DNA of 63,950 nt, counting the filler, from Reticulomyxa filosa (lineage: Eukaryota; Protista; Foraminifera): the NCBI GenBank assembly GCA_000512085.1. It is 21 parts of 21 records of this genome, joined end to end, with 100 filler letters (N's around TTAATTAATTAA, not from the genome) between each part and the next. Parts side by side here need not be neighbours in the genome. Positions count along the whole stretch, not along the records: positions 11,358 to 16,571 come from ASPP01001335.1; positions 16,672 to 19,083 come from ASPP01001193.1; positions 19,184 to 35,347 come from ASPP01010605.1; 18 more parts are not named here. One strand, given 5' to 3'. Below the pieces are notes generated by a model, which searched no databases, had not been told where the DNA came from, and saw nothing but the letters and a program-made list of their open reading frames with translations. Below, piece by piece: positions 13,363-27,476 of this stretch. The translations under genes and the position numbers were made by a program. Within the stretch, counting starts at the first letter, position 1. Each line of letters begins with the position of its first letter.

Positions 13363-14432
13363 ACAAAATAAATTTAGATTTGAACATTATTTGTTGAAAG
13401 AGCTTTTTTTAAAAGTACCTTCACAATTTGTATTTTTTGCTCATTCCTCTTACAACGGCATTTTAATTGTATACTATTTAATTTGTTGAATTGTCTCGCT
13501 TGTATTTTGTGCTTTCTATTATTTTCCATCAATTGAAGCTCTCGACACAAGTTATCTAAATCCCTAGTAAGCGGATGGAAGCAGCGTGCAGAGTTTGTCT
13601 TTTGTTATTAATGACAAAATTGTATAGTTTTACTTCTGTTAAAATTTTCAAATTAAAGACTCATATTGAAAGTAACGAGTTACCAAATCAGGGATTGTTG
13701 TGAATATGTCATTTTTGTGATTTCGAGAAACTCTACTACTATTAATGCTTTCTGTTTTTCTGTTATGAAGAGCTATTTCAAACATAGCAGTAATTTGTTA
13801 TTTAGTTACTATTTTAATCAGTCGGTTCTTTCATACGCCCTATCAACGCAATTTTTTGCAAAAAAAACAGCGAAATGGATGCTTGAACTCATGATTTTCC
13901 AAAAAACGAGAGAAGGCTGAAATATTTGGCTTTTGTAAAAATGAACACGACCGTGAATTCATAAGATTGATTATAATACTAATGTTTCTAAAAGAATATA
14001 AAGGAAGGACTGAACGAGAATGAAGGAGGTTAGCCAAAGAAGCTAGTGAAAAATTTTAAAAGTGTCTGGGACACGTTCCAAGGTCACTAATCAGACAGTG
14101 CAAATTTTTAACAGTACAAATGTTATTGCAATGACTTTAGCGTAGTCTCAACAAAAATGAAATGTTAATTAATTTAATGTTTTCATCATTTCAACATTTA
14201 GTTTGTCTTTTTGTTTGTCCAAGAAAGCCATGACATTACTAATTGTCAAAAAAAAAACATTTATCTATGTTCTGGCTGTTTAAGAGAAAGTCCGTTAATT
14301 TGTTGTTAACCAAAAGACATTTTTGTTAAAAAAAATATCTAGTGACGATCCAACAAAAAATTCGGTCAAAGGGTCGTCTTTTTTTGATTCCTCATTTTCA
14401 TAATTATTAATTGAAAATACTAAATAAAAAAA

Positions 14433-15780
14433 ATGTCAAGTCTTGCAGCTGCAAGAGCAGATAATTTCTATAATCCCCCAGATTGGGATCCGAATCAAAT
14501 ATCCCGTGACAAGTTTCAAGGAAGTAAAGGTCACAACCAGTATGAGCAAAAGGGATTGATTCGATTTGAGATGCCATTTCCAATATTTTGTTTAAAATGT
14601 GACAAGCACATTGATAAAGGAGTACGCTTTAATGCAAAGAAGGACCATATAGGCCACTACTTTAGCACAAAACTGTGGGAGTTTTCAATGCGTTGTTACA
14701 GTTGTGGGAACATGATAAAAATCCAAACGGACCCAGAAGCATGTGACTACAAAGTAGTCGAAGGAGCAAAAAAAAAGGCCTCGGCATACAACAACTACAC
14801 GGAAAGTGAGCTAGATTTAATGAAAGTATACGACGAAGCGCACAAAGAACGTCTGCAAACCGATGCGATTTACAAACTGGAGCACGAGCACAAAGAGCAC
14901 CAAAAAATCAGGCAAGAATGGACACGAATCGAAAGATTGCAAGAAATGCAAGAAAGAGACAAACATGACTACGATAACAACCAAGTCTTACGAAAAGTAT
15001 TGAGAGTTTTGTCTAACCTCGGTTTACTTGATTTCTTTTTTTTTTTTTTTGGAAAAGTTAAAAAAAAAAAAAAAAAAAGGGGAACACACAGGCAAAAAAA
15101 AAAAAAAAACTGGAAAAAAAAAAAGACAAGAAGCACTAAACACGACGGCAGATAAGAAAGGGTTGGGGATAAAATTACTAGAATTATCAGAACAAGATCA
15201 CGAAATGGCATCGAAGATACATTTCAAAAGAAAATACAAAGCGATCACAAACACAAATGACAGTACCGATGAGGCCAATGCCGACAATAAAAATAAAAAT
15301 AATGATAGTGCTAATATAAATGGAGATGCCAAAGCCGAAAAAAAAAACGCACAAATAGATGACTACATTGCTGCCAATGCAACGGTCATTGGAGGAAATG
15401 TATCGACCAATCCTCGCAATGAAATTTTATCGGCAAAGCAAGTGTTGAAGATTCAACAACATAAGATCCAAAATGAAAGTATTTTCAAACGTAAGGCCAA
15501 AAGTCAAAAGAAACCGAATAAGACCAGAGACAACGCGGCCAAGAAAGTGTCCACTCACAAGACTTCTTCGTTATTTCAAAGTCGAAAAAATCAAAAGAAA
15601 ACTCTGGCTCGCTTGTCCACTGATATACAACTCCAGTCCAAAAATCAATGCCCTTCTCTTTCTTCTGGTCTTTTTGGGCTAAACAATAGAAAAGATATGG
15701 GAATATGTGGGTTGGGGACAATTCGTATTGTAAAAAAAAAAAGGGAGGGCACCAAAAGCTCCTCTGTTTCTCAAACATAA
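14433..15780 (+). CDS. CCDC130: Splicing factor CCDC130/YJU2B (Saf4/Yju2 family), 2 exons
   Basis: MSSLAAARADNFYNPPDWDP, IRFEMPFPIFCLKC, GVRFNAKK, CYSC, IQTDP…DY..VEGA are family motifs; poly-T/A intron at ~15005-15130. Confidence 0.92.
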
Positions 15781-16174
15781 TATTTTTTGATTTCCCAATA
15801 AAAACAAATATCTAAGAAAATTGTCCTTTTTTTTTTGTGTTTTGTTCTCACCCTTCCTCACGAAACATCTTTCCATCTAATTAAAGTTGTTGCCCGATAG
15901 GTAGGTATTAAATGTTTAAATATTAACCAAATCAAAAGACAGCTCTACATTTCATCTCAGTAGTAAAGTGTATTCAACAATGGATGACATATTTTTTAAA
16001 AGTCAAAATCTTTTAAACAATTTTAAGATATCTAAAAACAGAAAATATAACCTTCAATTCATCCACAATCATTAATGAAGCCTATTTTCAAGTTGTTTTG
16101 TTTTGTTACGCTCAGTATTCCTGTTATTTTTAGTTAGCTATTTGGCGAGGGTAAATAACTAATGCTGTGATCCA

Positions 16175-16571
16175 ATGGGGTCTAGCACTTTGGGTGAAAA
16201 GGATACGGCTGCAGTGGTACTGGGACTCGAAATATTTTATTATGTAGTGCTTGGAATAATAGGAATCTACTGGACAGCAGTGAGTGTAAAACTGTTGTTT
16301 TTACCGGTATTGCACAGTAGAAATCACTTTCTTTCATCGGTGTCTGGGATATCCTTTGCAATAATTATAATAGTGTTTCGTTCTGTACGTTTAGCCTATG
16401 CATACGTATGTGACTTTGAGGACAAGGCTTCGAACAGGATCAAAATCATCGAGATATTCCTTCTCGAGTTTTCTTCCGTAGTATTTATAGTTGGATATGG
16501 TGGAGGATTGCTTACATTTGTTTCTCGCTTGTGGTTACTGTTAAGAACATTATATAAAGAAAACAAAAAAA
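16175..16571 (+). CDS. Multi-pass membrane protein N-terminus, possibly a 7TM-RGS paralog (truncated)
   Basis: Three hydrophobic helices; the VLHSRNHFL and FVSRLWLL positions parallel VGPQRYPYL and GILRLHYMW of the 7TM-RGS gene. Confidence 0.5.
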
Positions 16572-18765
16572 NNNNNNNNNNNNNNNNNNNNNNNNNNNNN
16601 NNNNNNNNNNNNNNNTTAATTAATTAANNNNNNNNNNNNNNNNNNNNNNNNNNNNNNNNNNNNNNNNNNNNAAAGAGATAAGTAAGTAATTCATTTGAGA
16701 CTTTTGTTATTTTTTATTTTGCGTTGAGTTATTTCTCAAATATTTTTGCAACATTCAATGAATTACTTTGATCACAAAAATACTCTCTCATTTTATAAGC
16801 AATTGGATAATAATTTTTGTTTGGTTTGCTAAATCAAAAAAAATTTGAAAAAAATAGAATTAACAATATCTGTAATTGTTCAAAATTGGAGTTTGATCGT
16901 AATTGGAAATCAGATTTGATAAAATCTTTTCTATTATTTTTAAATTTGGATGGAGAGTTGAATATATTCATCATTTAATACATGAATTCGACATGTTACT
17001 ATTATTTTTTTATTCCATTTATTTAATCCATCATCTTTGTTCATCTTATATAACTTGGATACTCACAGATAAACTTGTATTCGTTTTTGAGTGTATGATA
17101 AGAATAACAAGCTCTTTATTCGTAACCTCCACAAATGAGGAGCTCGTGTTTGTGTGACACACATTGAGATAGATAAAATAGAGTGGATAATTCCTTCAAA
17201 TTTTGAAAAATTTGGTTGCTCATGTTGAGAAGCTATGAAGTAGTTTAGATTTTTTAAAGGGCAGGTACATGAAAAAAGACATCCTTTTAGAAACAAAAAA
17301 AAAGTGGTAATTTGACTAGGAAAATAAAAATTATGACTTTCTTATGATAAGATTGCAATATTCTTCTCCAAACACAACCTTTTCCATAAGTAAAAAAGTG
17401 ATAGCGGATTTTCCAATTCTAGTTGTTTTGCTTTTCATTTGAATAATGGTTTCAATTGTTTCAATAAAGATTTGCAACTTAGGTGAATAAAAAATATATA
17501 ATCATGTTCTTGACACACACTCTTTGTAATGGCACATTTCTCTTTCTCAACATATCAAATAAAAAATAATAATAACAATTTCAATAAAAGAAGCTATCCT
17601 ATCAGATACAAAAGTACTTGATGAAAGGCCAAATCAATTAAACTACAGCCTTTGCTTTTCATTAGGAAGTAAAATAAATTTACAATCTCTGTCACGTCTT
17701 TTCCTTACAAAAATTATAATATCTCAAACAAACGTACCCGTGTTCATCCACAAACACAAATTAGTACTTTGATTGAGATAACATAAATTAGCGATGAAAA
17801 AATTTGATAATTGACACAATTTATCCAATGACCTTTCATTTTCTTTATTTCTCCTTTGTAATCGCATGGGCTTGTTAAATTCCAATTTGATTTATTTTTG
17901 TATTCTCCGTTTTCTCATGTTTTTGTTCCTCGCTCAATTGTCTTTTTTGCTCCCGTTCAAACATCTTCAGACTGATTTGTTTGCAAAATTACTTTTTCAA
18001 ATATGAAATTGTTTTCCCCTTTTTTTAGTAATTTTAAGTGAATGCAATGATATTCCTGCCTTTATCAAAGCTGTTTTTGAATCAAAAATCAAAGATTTAA
18101 ACAGAACAGAATGTAATCTTTCACATGATCATTATAGTTAATTACGCCAAATTCAAAGAGGAGTTATTTTTGCATTCCATTCGTTTAATTGAAACAATTA
18201 TAAAAAACCTTTCATTATTATTTTTAGATTTGTCAAATATTCCATCAAATCCATGCAAAATAAACACAAATGAAATATTTTACAAATAATATCCATTATC
18301 TCTTTATTGACTTCTTCTATTATTCAAAGTGCTAATAAATTATAAAATAAAACTACATCAAACCCTTTCATCTTGTTTCCTTTGTCGGAATTATGTATTT
18401 TAACCAAAAATTGTCATGTATAATTTTTTTTAGGAAAAAGAAAACATGATGAATTGCATTAAAATGTTACATTTTGTGACTATGTTTAACAATTACGTAA
18501 CCATTATTTTTTATAAAAAATATTAAATACTTCATCTTCTATCTAATTTCAGAGTATTATTGGGTTACATGAAATGCTTGAATATTGTATGTCTCCTTGG
18601 AATAAGATATCTATATAAAATGATTAATTATATTATTTCAATAATTGAATGTAATCATATTGATTCCAATTATTTCATTTTCTTTTTTGAATCAATCCAA
18701 TCATTTCTAATACAAATAGTTTTTCAAAGAAAAAACACGTCATTTCTTATTTGACAAAAAATAGA

Positions 18766-19083
18766 TTATCCCCAAATATGAATGGAACCTTTTTTTAAAC
18801 CATAACACAAAGTCAAATCATTTGCAACATTATTAGTATTCTCTTTCTTTTTCAATACAACAAATTTAAGACAATATATTCCTTCATCTAATTTCATCAC
18901 ATACAATTGACTCTTATTTGATCGAATATCCCAAAAACGAATTGTATTATCATCTGATCCAGAACATATCACATTTGATTTACCACTACTATCATTTATC
19001 ACAAATGGTGAATATTCAACAGCATATACCCAGTCATTGTGTCCATTGAACACTTGAATTTGCTGACCAGATCGAATATCCCA
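18766..19083 (-). CDS. WD40-repeat protein C-terminus (lineage-expanded family)
   Basis: FNGHNDWVYAVEYSPF…ICSGSDDNTIRFWDIRS…IHIWG*; close paralog of 47298-47763. Confidence 0.9.
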   Translation of the reverse strand, partial: WDIRSGQQIQVFNGHNDWVYAVEYSPFVINDSSGKSNVICSGSDDNTIRFWDIRSNKSQLYVMKLDEGIYCLKFVVLKKKENTNNVANDLTLCYGLKKGSIHIWG

Positions 19084-19184
19084 NNNNNNNNNNNNNNNNN
19101 NNNNNNNNNNNNNNNNNNNNNNNNNNNTTAATTAATTAANNNNNNNNNNNNNNNNNNNNNNNNNNNNNNNNNNNNNNNNNNNNA

Positions 19185-19224
<40 letters not shown>

Positions 19225-19234
19225 GGCCATTCGA

Positions 19235-22200
19235 TTGAACAGCATATCCAGTGATTCCTCATCGCAGATATTTACAAAGATGTTGTGTCCATTTGAAGAA
19301 ATAAAACAGTTTTTGAAGACAAAAGCGACAAATGATCGCAGGGTCTCCACCATATTGTCCGAAGACGATGTTCCAGAGTTGGATATCCGAAGACGATCCA
19401 AAGTGGGTGGTCGCACGGCAACGGTGATCAAAATAGTGGAGCCTTGTGGATTCCTGCTGCCTTCGCTCTTGAAAGACTTGCAAGACTTTATCACCGTCGT
19501 TTCCAATTTTGAATTTTCTTCAAACGAAAACAAGACCCTACTCATTGAACAAGAAGAGTCGCTCCCAGCGCCAATGGTTCTGGGAAATTGGCACAACGAT
19601 CTAACATTGCAAATCCACGAGGCCAGGATTATTTGTTTGGAAAACGTATGTTTTATTTGTTTATTTGGCTTTTTAATGGGTCGCAATGATTACCTTATGT
19701 CATATATGTTTGTACATAATATTGGGATAAAAAAAATGGAGTGTATTGTGTTACATAACAATATGTCCAGCCACGCATCGCCGTGACCAACGCAGTAGCA
19801 TTATTGGTGACAATGACACTAAAAACTCGAATATAACGTCTGTTCAAAACTCGGGCCAGCGATGCAACGTGGACAACACGTGGGACTTGGACATATCGTC
19901 ATTGAGCATCCAAGTGTGTCCTGTCGAGCAAATCAGCATTCGCAAATCCCAAATCGGTGACACGTCGTCGATACACAAGATAATAAACAAGTCGAGTTTC
20001 AAATGCCACGTCAAACAGGAAGACTTGTGTTCGTTGAATCGAAAGCTGGTGTTCTCAACGTCATTGGACTGCAGCAGTCAATTGAAGCAGTTGGAGTTTT
20101 GTCTGTCGTTTGTGGACTTGCATATCTTTAACAATATTATCAAGAACATTCGCGAACGCTTCAATCCGGACGAGGGCGAGCCGTTGAATGAGAAGATCAA
20201 TCGCTTGGTGCCACCGGACAGAGATCTGCGGAGCAATTTCCATCGACTCAAAAAAAATGGATATACTGGAGAGCTATGCTTTGAGGCAATCTTGCATTGT
20301 CCCAGCGATTACAATCTCGCACTGCAATATTGCAGAAACAACGAAGCGTCATTCGACGTGCGCTTCCAACGTGGAGATATAAGTGCCGTCACTGACCTGT
20401 TGCCGTGTTGGATGTACCACAACTATCGCGAGTTGTCACTGCACAAACACGCAAGCGAAGAGGACATCCTTCGCGCATTGCTGCTAAGTGACAATGACAT
20501 CGACACTGCCTCCAGGATCATTGACAACATTCGACTCAAGCGGACGTATTCGCGATCGCAGAGCTTCATTTCCGTGTCTGACATTAAAACGGAGGACGAA
20601 CGGATCGGCGATGAAAAGTACGATGAAGAGATTCGAATGCTGACTCCATCGGAAAAAGGGGGCAATAGTCATCCCGATACAATGTCGAATTATGAAATGA
20701 AATACGCTGACTTTGTAGACGAGGATCATCACGTCATTGAAGAAAAGGCGATCCATCCCGTTCAGTATTCATCTGCGGACAGACTTGATAAATCCGCGTT
20801 CCGCAATCGAGACGATGGCAACATCCCGTCCCACTCGGCCTCTCTTTTGGAGGACGATGTGTCCACAAAAGGCTTTGCAGAGACAGGTAAATATCCACAG
20901 TCCCGTGGCTTTCACTTGTGTGTGTGTGTGTGTGTGTGTTTTTTTTTCAAATGCATGTGCGTGCACGTGTGCATGTTCACTCGTTGTGATTGTGTTGCTT
21001 TTTCATGTTTGTAAACAAGTCGGAAGCGGCGCAACGGTGAGTCGAAAGATCACATTTTCGGCCAAAAAAATCTCGCTATCTGTCATCAACGATATCATGG
21101 CAGCCTCGGCGATGCCGTTTTTCAGCATTCGGTCCACTGACATCCAACTGGATGTTTCTCAGCAAGAGAGTGCAATCGACGGCTTCCTTCAAATGATGCT
21201 GATATCCAACTATTACAATCCCATGGTCGTGACAATGGAGCCGCTGCTTGAGCCGACCAAATTGGACGTCAAACTCTATTTGAACCAAGCCTTACATCTG
21301 CGCAATCGTAGAAACCATAACTGCTCGATCGACATTCATTTGCAAGGGTCGTCCACAGAGGAGAAAGAAGCAGATCCTGTCAACATTAATATTACGCACA
21401 TCTTTTTGAAAACGGTCATGGACACCTTGTATGCATCGCCTAGATTTACCACCACACATAAGTTTCGTTTGCTTACATTCAATTTTTCAATAGGACATAT
21501 CAATGCCAGTGTTGTGCTGTTTTATTTGTTGGAATAAAGAAATCGAATAATCACAAGTTGGAAACCCTATTACATCGTAAACAAGACGGGCCAACAGTTG
21601 AAGCTATGGCTCAGCGCCGAACCGTCGAAAAAACAGACCATTGAACCGTCGAAAACAGCGCCCTTGGAAATTCCTGGAGGTCTGAAATCAGCATTTGACG
21701 GGAAACTATTAAAATACAACCGATTATTCATTTCGTTCCAAATTGGAGATATTGCTTTGTTTGAAAACATATCTGTGGCAAATACCAAGTTGAGCTTTGT
21801 TCGAATTGCAATTCTTATTCTTTCATAACTCCTACGACAAAAAGGAAACACAAATAAACACAATCAGACGCAGAAAGTATTTCCATCGCAAAGAAAAAGT
21901 ATTTGTCGTCCTGCACACTCTGTTTCGCAAGGGCAGCAAGTACGTATTCATTTGGAGTCCCTGCGAAATTCGAAATGATACGTCGGGCCCATTGGAAATC
22001 AAAATCGAGTATCCAAAAGATGCCGTTCGGAGCTATGAGGCAAGAGAAAGTACCGAGTTTGATTTGGCCACACTCAAATCTACCAAAGATCTTGGCATTG
22101 TGCAGCCCGGCGAAAGTGTGCCTGTTCCATTGTCCATTGATCCCAAACAAATTGTTATTTCCTTTGCGTCGCAAAAGACACAAGGCTGGGATTTCGTTAA

Positions 22201-25200
22201 ACTCAAATCGGTGGATGAAATGATCGAAAAGAACAAAACGTGCGTTATTACTTCTGTTCGCTCAAATCCTTCCGCTTTTTCCTTAATGTCTCCCATGACT
22301 ACGTCGTCCTCGTCATCGTCGTCTCTCAAGTCAACCGATACGGCCGAAAGCTTTTTTGTCATGCCGAGACTGTCTCGCGATTTGATTAGCATTATGATTC
22401 AAACGCCATTGATGGTTGCCAATTTGTTTCCATTTGAAATTGTTGTTCATTTGAAGAAAGATAGCTTTGACTGGGAACAAAAGATTGCCGCATATGAATC
22501 GAAGCATGTGGCCTCTGATTTTAATAACACCGTTTAATAATTTATCATACGTACAATATATATACACACTCTCTCTCTCTCTCTCTTTTTATGTAAATAT
22601 ATATTTATTTATTTATGTATTTAGCTTATTTTTTTTTTTTAATAAATGACATTTCATTTGATGCGTATGCCGTGATACATAATAACAAAAAAAGAATTTA
22701 GAAGAAATTTCAATCTTAATTTGGATTCCTGGAATGGGAGACTCGGAATTTGTGAATTTGCCAAGTCCAAATAGCGAGCCAAGACCAGTCCATTTTATCA
22801 ACAATCAAACTCAACAAAAGTGTTTGAAGACATTCGCGGCGGTGAAATCTTGTAGAAAAGTTCCATTTTTCCGAGATGAATCAGCATCGGCGTTGGCAAT
22901 GAACGTCCTCTATTTGTACACGAGTTATTTATTTATTAACAAAACGGGGTTGGACATTGAATTTCGACAAGATGACAGTTCGTTCACAATGAGACAAATG
23001 CCAATCGACATTGATATATTTGAAAACGAACGAAAGAATTCCAGTAAGGAATGGGTTCGAGTTAAGTCATTTTGCTTTTCTTTAGTTTTGTTTATATTTG
23101 ATAATGCAAATTCATTTGTTATGTACACATTGGGACTTAGCCGTTTCTGCAACATGACCCACCATCGGAATCAGATCGATTAGCTCGTCCCAAACCTCGA
23201 AATTCTATTGACTTGCCCAATGACAAATGGACATGGGTCAATGAATGGGAAGTGACCGACTGGGAATACGCAAAGGACTTTGGGGGTGTGTTTCATCCCA
23301 ATTGCCTTCATGACGATCATGTGAGACGACGTAGATGGCGAAGGAGTCGAAAATCCAAAGACCTCCGAATGCCATCGACGGTGACTATCTTTGGTGGCGC
23401 AAATGATCCCACGACAAACAGAGTCAGTGTACGTTTTGTCGACAAAAACGTGCAAACCAATTGGTCGCCCCCCATTCCACTCAACGAAGCAGTAGCAAAC
23501 CATCTCATGTCGTTAGCCCATTTATCCGAAAAAAAGGCATTTTTTGATGTATCGATAGTATTCGAACTCCACAGACTGTTTCCAAGGTATGTCACAAACA
23601 TCATGTCACATTAGCAATTAAAAATAATAATAACATATATTTGGTTTTGTGTGGAATAGCATAAAGGTAATAAAATTTTATCCTCGCTATGTGGCAATCA
23701 ATCTGACGACATATCATCCTCGATTGTATCTGCGACCATACTTTGGAGAGAAGAAGAAAAGAAATGCCTCTTCGCGAAGATCATCGCTGTCGTTATCTAC
23801 CAATGCTATATCCCCACCGCAAGAGACCACTTCGCCAACGAGCAGTGTGAGTAGCAGAATGAGTGAACCTTTGCCATATGACGAGATAGACGAGGCAGCA
23901 AGGATATTGCCAATGTTCTCCAGAGACGTGTCTCCCAAAGATGAAATGAACTATGGAGTCCCGTTGCATTGGTTCAACAATGGCGTAGAATGCTTCGTGG
24001 AATGCAGCATTGATGGGAGGAAATGGTCCAATCCATTCCCGATCCATCAGATTGCCCAATTTGCACTTCGCTTGCCTGGGGAAGAAGATGTCATGCGTGT
24101 GCAAGTCAGGACGGTCGGACAGTCCACCGTCGTCGCATTGAGGGACGAAAGAAGAGATTATCCGTTCTTTTTAATCCACAATCAGACGAGCTTCCAAGTG
24201 AGCTACAAAGAAGTGGAAGGGGTGCATTGGTATAAAGTCCCGCCGCGAACGGCGCAGCCATTTGCCTCCGAATACCAGTTGATGTCCAAACATGAAAAGA
24301 AAATCTTAGTCAAGGTCGCTGATGTTGAATTTGACAAACCGATTGAATTCGAAAAGGCAACGAATTATTTGACTTGTGTGCGAATGAAAGGGGTATGTCT
24401 ATTGTATTTATATTTAATTTATATATTATATGTGTATATACATATACATAAACATACATATATCATGTGCGTGTATAATATGCAAACACTCATTTCTTTT
24501 TTTTTTTTTTGGATACTTTGTTATCTAAACATTCAATTAGAAATCCGTCGTGTATTTGTACTTACGCCACCGCGGTGCGACGAAGGTGATTGTCGCAACC
24601 GAAAAACAGAACAAAGAGGAAGAATCCGACAATTCACAGGCGCAAATCAAGTTGATGATCAATCGGTTGGGCATTTCACTAATCAATCAAGTGCCATTGG
24701 AATTAATTTATGCGTGGGCAGATCAAATCCAGTGTCAGACCATTTGGTCACGAAACGAACAGCAAATCGAATTGCAAATGAACTCTCTTCAAATTGACAA
24801 TCAAATGCCCAAGGCTTCGTCCGATATTTTATTTTGTGGCAAGCCGCACAACAAACGTGGAAATTACTTGTTACGGCAATACGCACTTTATTTTATTTAA
24901 TTTTGTATTGTTTATATTTCTTAAGTCACGAACAAAAAAGTAAATAAAGTAAAAAAAAAAAAAATTGGAATTTAGACCATGGTTGGATTTGAAACTGCAT
25001 ATGTACACACAAGACATGTTTTCCACTTATGTGCAAAACTTCCAATTGCTCCCGCAGGTCTTTCATATTGCCGTTGATAGTGGCTCGATTCAACAGTTGG
25101 TGAATTTCTTCGATGTCGTTGGAACCAATGGATCCACTGGATCGGAATCGTCCGTACAGTCGCAGTAAAGTCTATATCTTACCTATTTGTTTGTCGAATC

Positions 25201-26899
25201 GTGTCGAAACGCATTTTTTTTTTTGTTGTTGTTTGTTTATTTTTTTTTTTTTTTTAAAAAAAAAAAGACCAATTTATTTCGGACAATTGTATCTTGGTCC
25301 TTTAGATATGTACATTTCCTACCATCAATTGGACACGGACTTTTTGGCAAATATGAACCAAATCACGTCCACCACTCACAGTAATGCAAGCATTAGTAGC
25401 TATGGAATAATCGAAGACGAAAAAGATGAGACTCCATCCACATCCGTGCAAAACTTTCTGTTTCAGTTTGGAGTCCTGGTGCTAAACATTCCCGAGGCAA
25501 GAATTCCAGTCAGTGGATACGTATGTCAAGATCGAGTACTTGATCGATCAATGCTCGCAAACGTGTTAGCGGCACATTACAAAGGACAAGTTAATTTTTT
25601 TTATTTTTTTTTTTGCATTGCAATGGCAAACATATCTTATGCTGCAAATACATAGTTTACACGTGCATTCTTGAGTCTGCTGGGATCGCTCGAGATCTTT
25701 GGTAATGTTGCAGGACTTGCCAACTCAGTGCAATCAGGCCTGCATGACTTTTGGTATGAACCTTCCTCTGCAGAAAATCCAGACGAAGTAATAACAGGCA
25801 TTACTCGAGGTATGTGTTATTATATATACATATACATATATATATATATATGTAGACAAAAGTGAACACAAATAAAAACACAATAAATACACAAGGTACG
25901 TACAGCTTATTGCAAAGCTCGATATCGGGCGTGACCAACTCTTTGTCGACATTGACCGGAGCCATTGGCACGGGTTTGTCATTCGTGTCAGCAGATTCAA
26001 AGTTTGCACGCGATAGAACAATTGAACGATCTGCTAATCGTCCGTCGACATTCTTCGGCTCACTTGTCAGCGGTGGAAAAAGCTTTACCAAGGCACTTGG
26101 CAGCGCCCTAACCGGATTGATGCACGACCCTCTAAAGGGAGCGCAAGAAAGTGGTACCAAAGGTGCCATTTTAGGATTTGGACAAGGCATTATGGGTTTG
26201 CTCGTTAAGCCCGTTGTTGGTGCTACTGATTTGGTCAGCGATGTATTGTATGGAACAGGGGTTATTTTACCAAGTTTGCACGAAAAAGTTGAGTCATTTT
26301 ATTGTTGTTGTTATTGCTAATGTATTTTTATTTGTTTTCTCTTTTGCAATAGCATCGACAACGACTCCGAGACCCACGCATGTTCTACGGAAAAGAGTGT
26401 GTTATGCACAAGTTCAATGCATTTGATGCATTACTGCGACGCAATTTGATGAGAGTTGAGAGTCCGTTCTTTGGTTATTTGTTTCGACAAAGCAAAGTCG
26501 TGTGCGTGTAATGCTTGACACTAAACATAGATGGCAGACGGCCGATTCGCTACGGATTCGTTTGAAGGATCATTTCGCACAAGATCAAATGACGTTTATA
26601 TAATTCTTGGAAAAGGATTGCTGCAAACGGAATGGAGTAAAAAAAATACAAAGAAATTAAAGTATGTCGAATTTTTCGCTTGGAATGTCTTTTTGGCGGT
26701 CAATGATAGAGACTATGAACTAATATTCACTTACAAAGATTCGAGGCCAAGAGCGCTGGGAGGTGCTTCACAACACTTCGAAGCTCATGCCAAAGATCTA
26801 AGGCTGGAATGCCAGACATCTGGAGATGCAAAAAAGATTGCAAATCGTATTCGAACTTATTTCTCTTTAGAAAAAGCACACCATTGGCACGGACCTTGA
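19235..26899 (+). CDS. VPS13: VPS13-family lipid-transfer protein (C-terminal portion, >15 exons, 5'-truncated)
   Basis: NYYNPMVVTMEPLLEP; repeated VAB/SHR-BD motifs (IRNDTSGPLEI, LMVANLFPFEI, FINKTGLDIEF, FYPRYVAINLT, FLIHNQT); GISLIN…ELIY, LQIDNQ; LGSLEIFGNVAGL; Gly-rich ATG2_C-like GALTGLMHDPLKGAQESG…KPVVG; PH-like C-terminus. Confidence 0.92.
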
Positions 26900-27476
26900 T
26901 TTCCTCCTTTCTTTTTTTCTTCCCCTTCCCTCCCCCCCCCCCCTTTGCCCTTCTTTTATGTAAGCCTAATTCATCCAACATTTGCATTTTCGATATTATA
27001 TATTCTGTACTACAAACACCTCTTCGATGTGGTGTTACACTTTCCATTTTCGTTAGGTCTGTCCACTTTTGTTAGAGGACATGAGGTTTCCTTTGTTTTC
27101 AAGCTGAGTATGTGTGGACATGCTGAGAGTGGTAACATTCTTGAAACGTCTAACACTTTTAGTTTGGGTTATATGGCCATTGTCTTGGTTCTTGACTTTG
27201 CTTTTTTTTGTCTGGTGTTTTTTCATTACTTTGAAGAATGTTTTAACATCAATCAAAAGAGAAACTGTTGTTGTTTGTTTTCCCTTCAAAGTGAACAGCG
27301 TAGTGGTCTCACAAAACACTTTTCAGGCTTAAGACGCCTATTAAATTGGAATATCGACACGAAATTTTAAAACAGTGCACGAAAGACAGAAAAACTCAGC
27401 CTTTTTGTTTTGAGGTTGAAAGGAACCCTTTTTTGAATTTCACGTTGATCAAGCAAACTCAGAAATAAAAAAAGTT

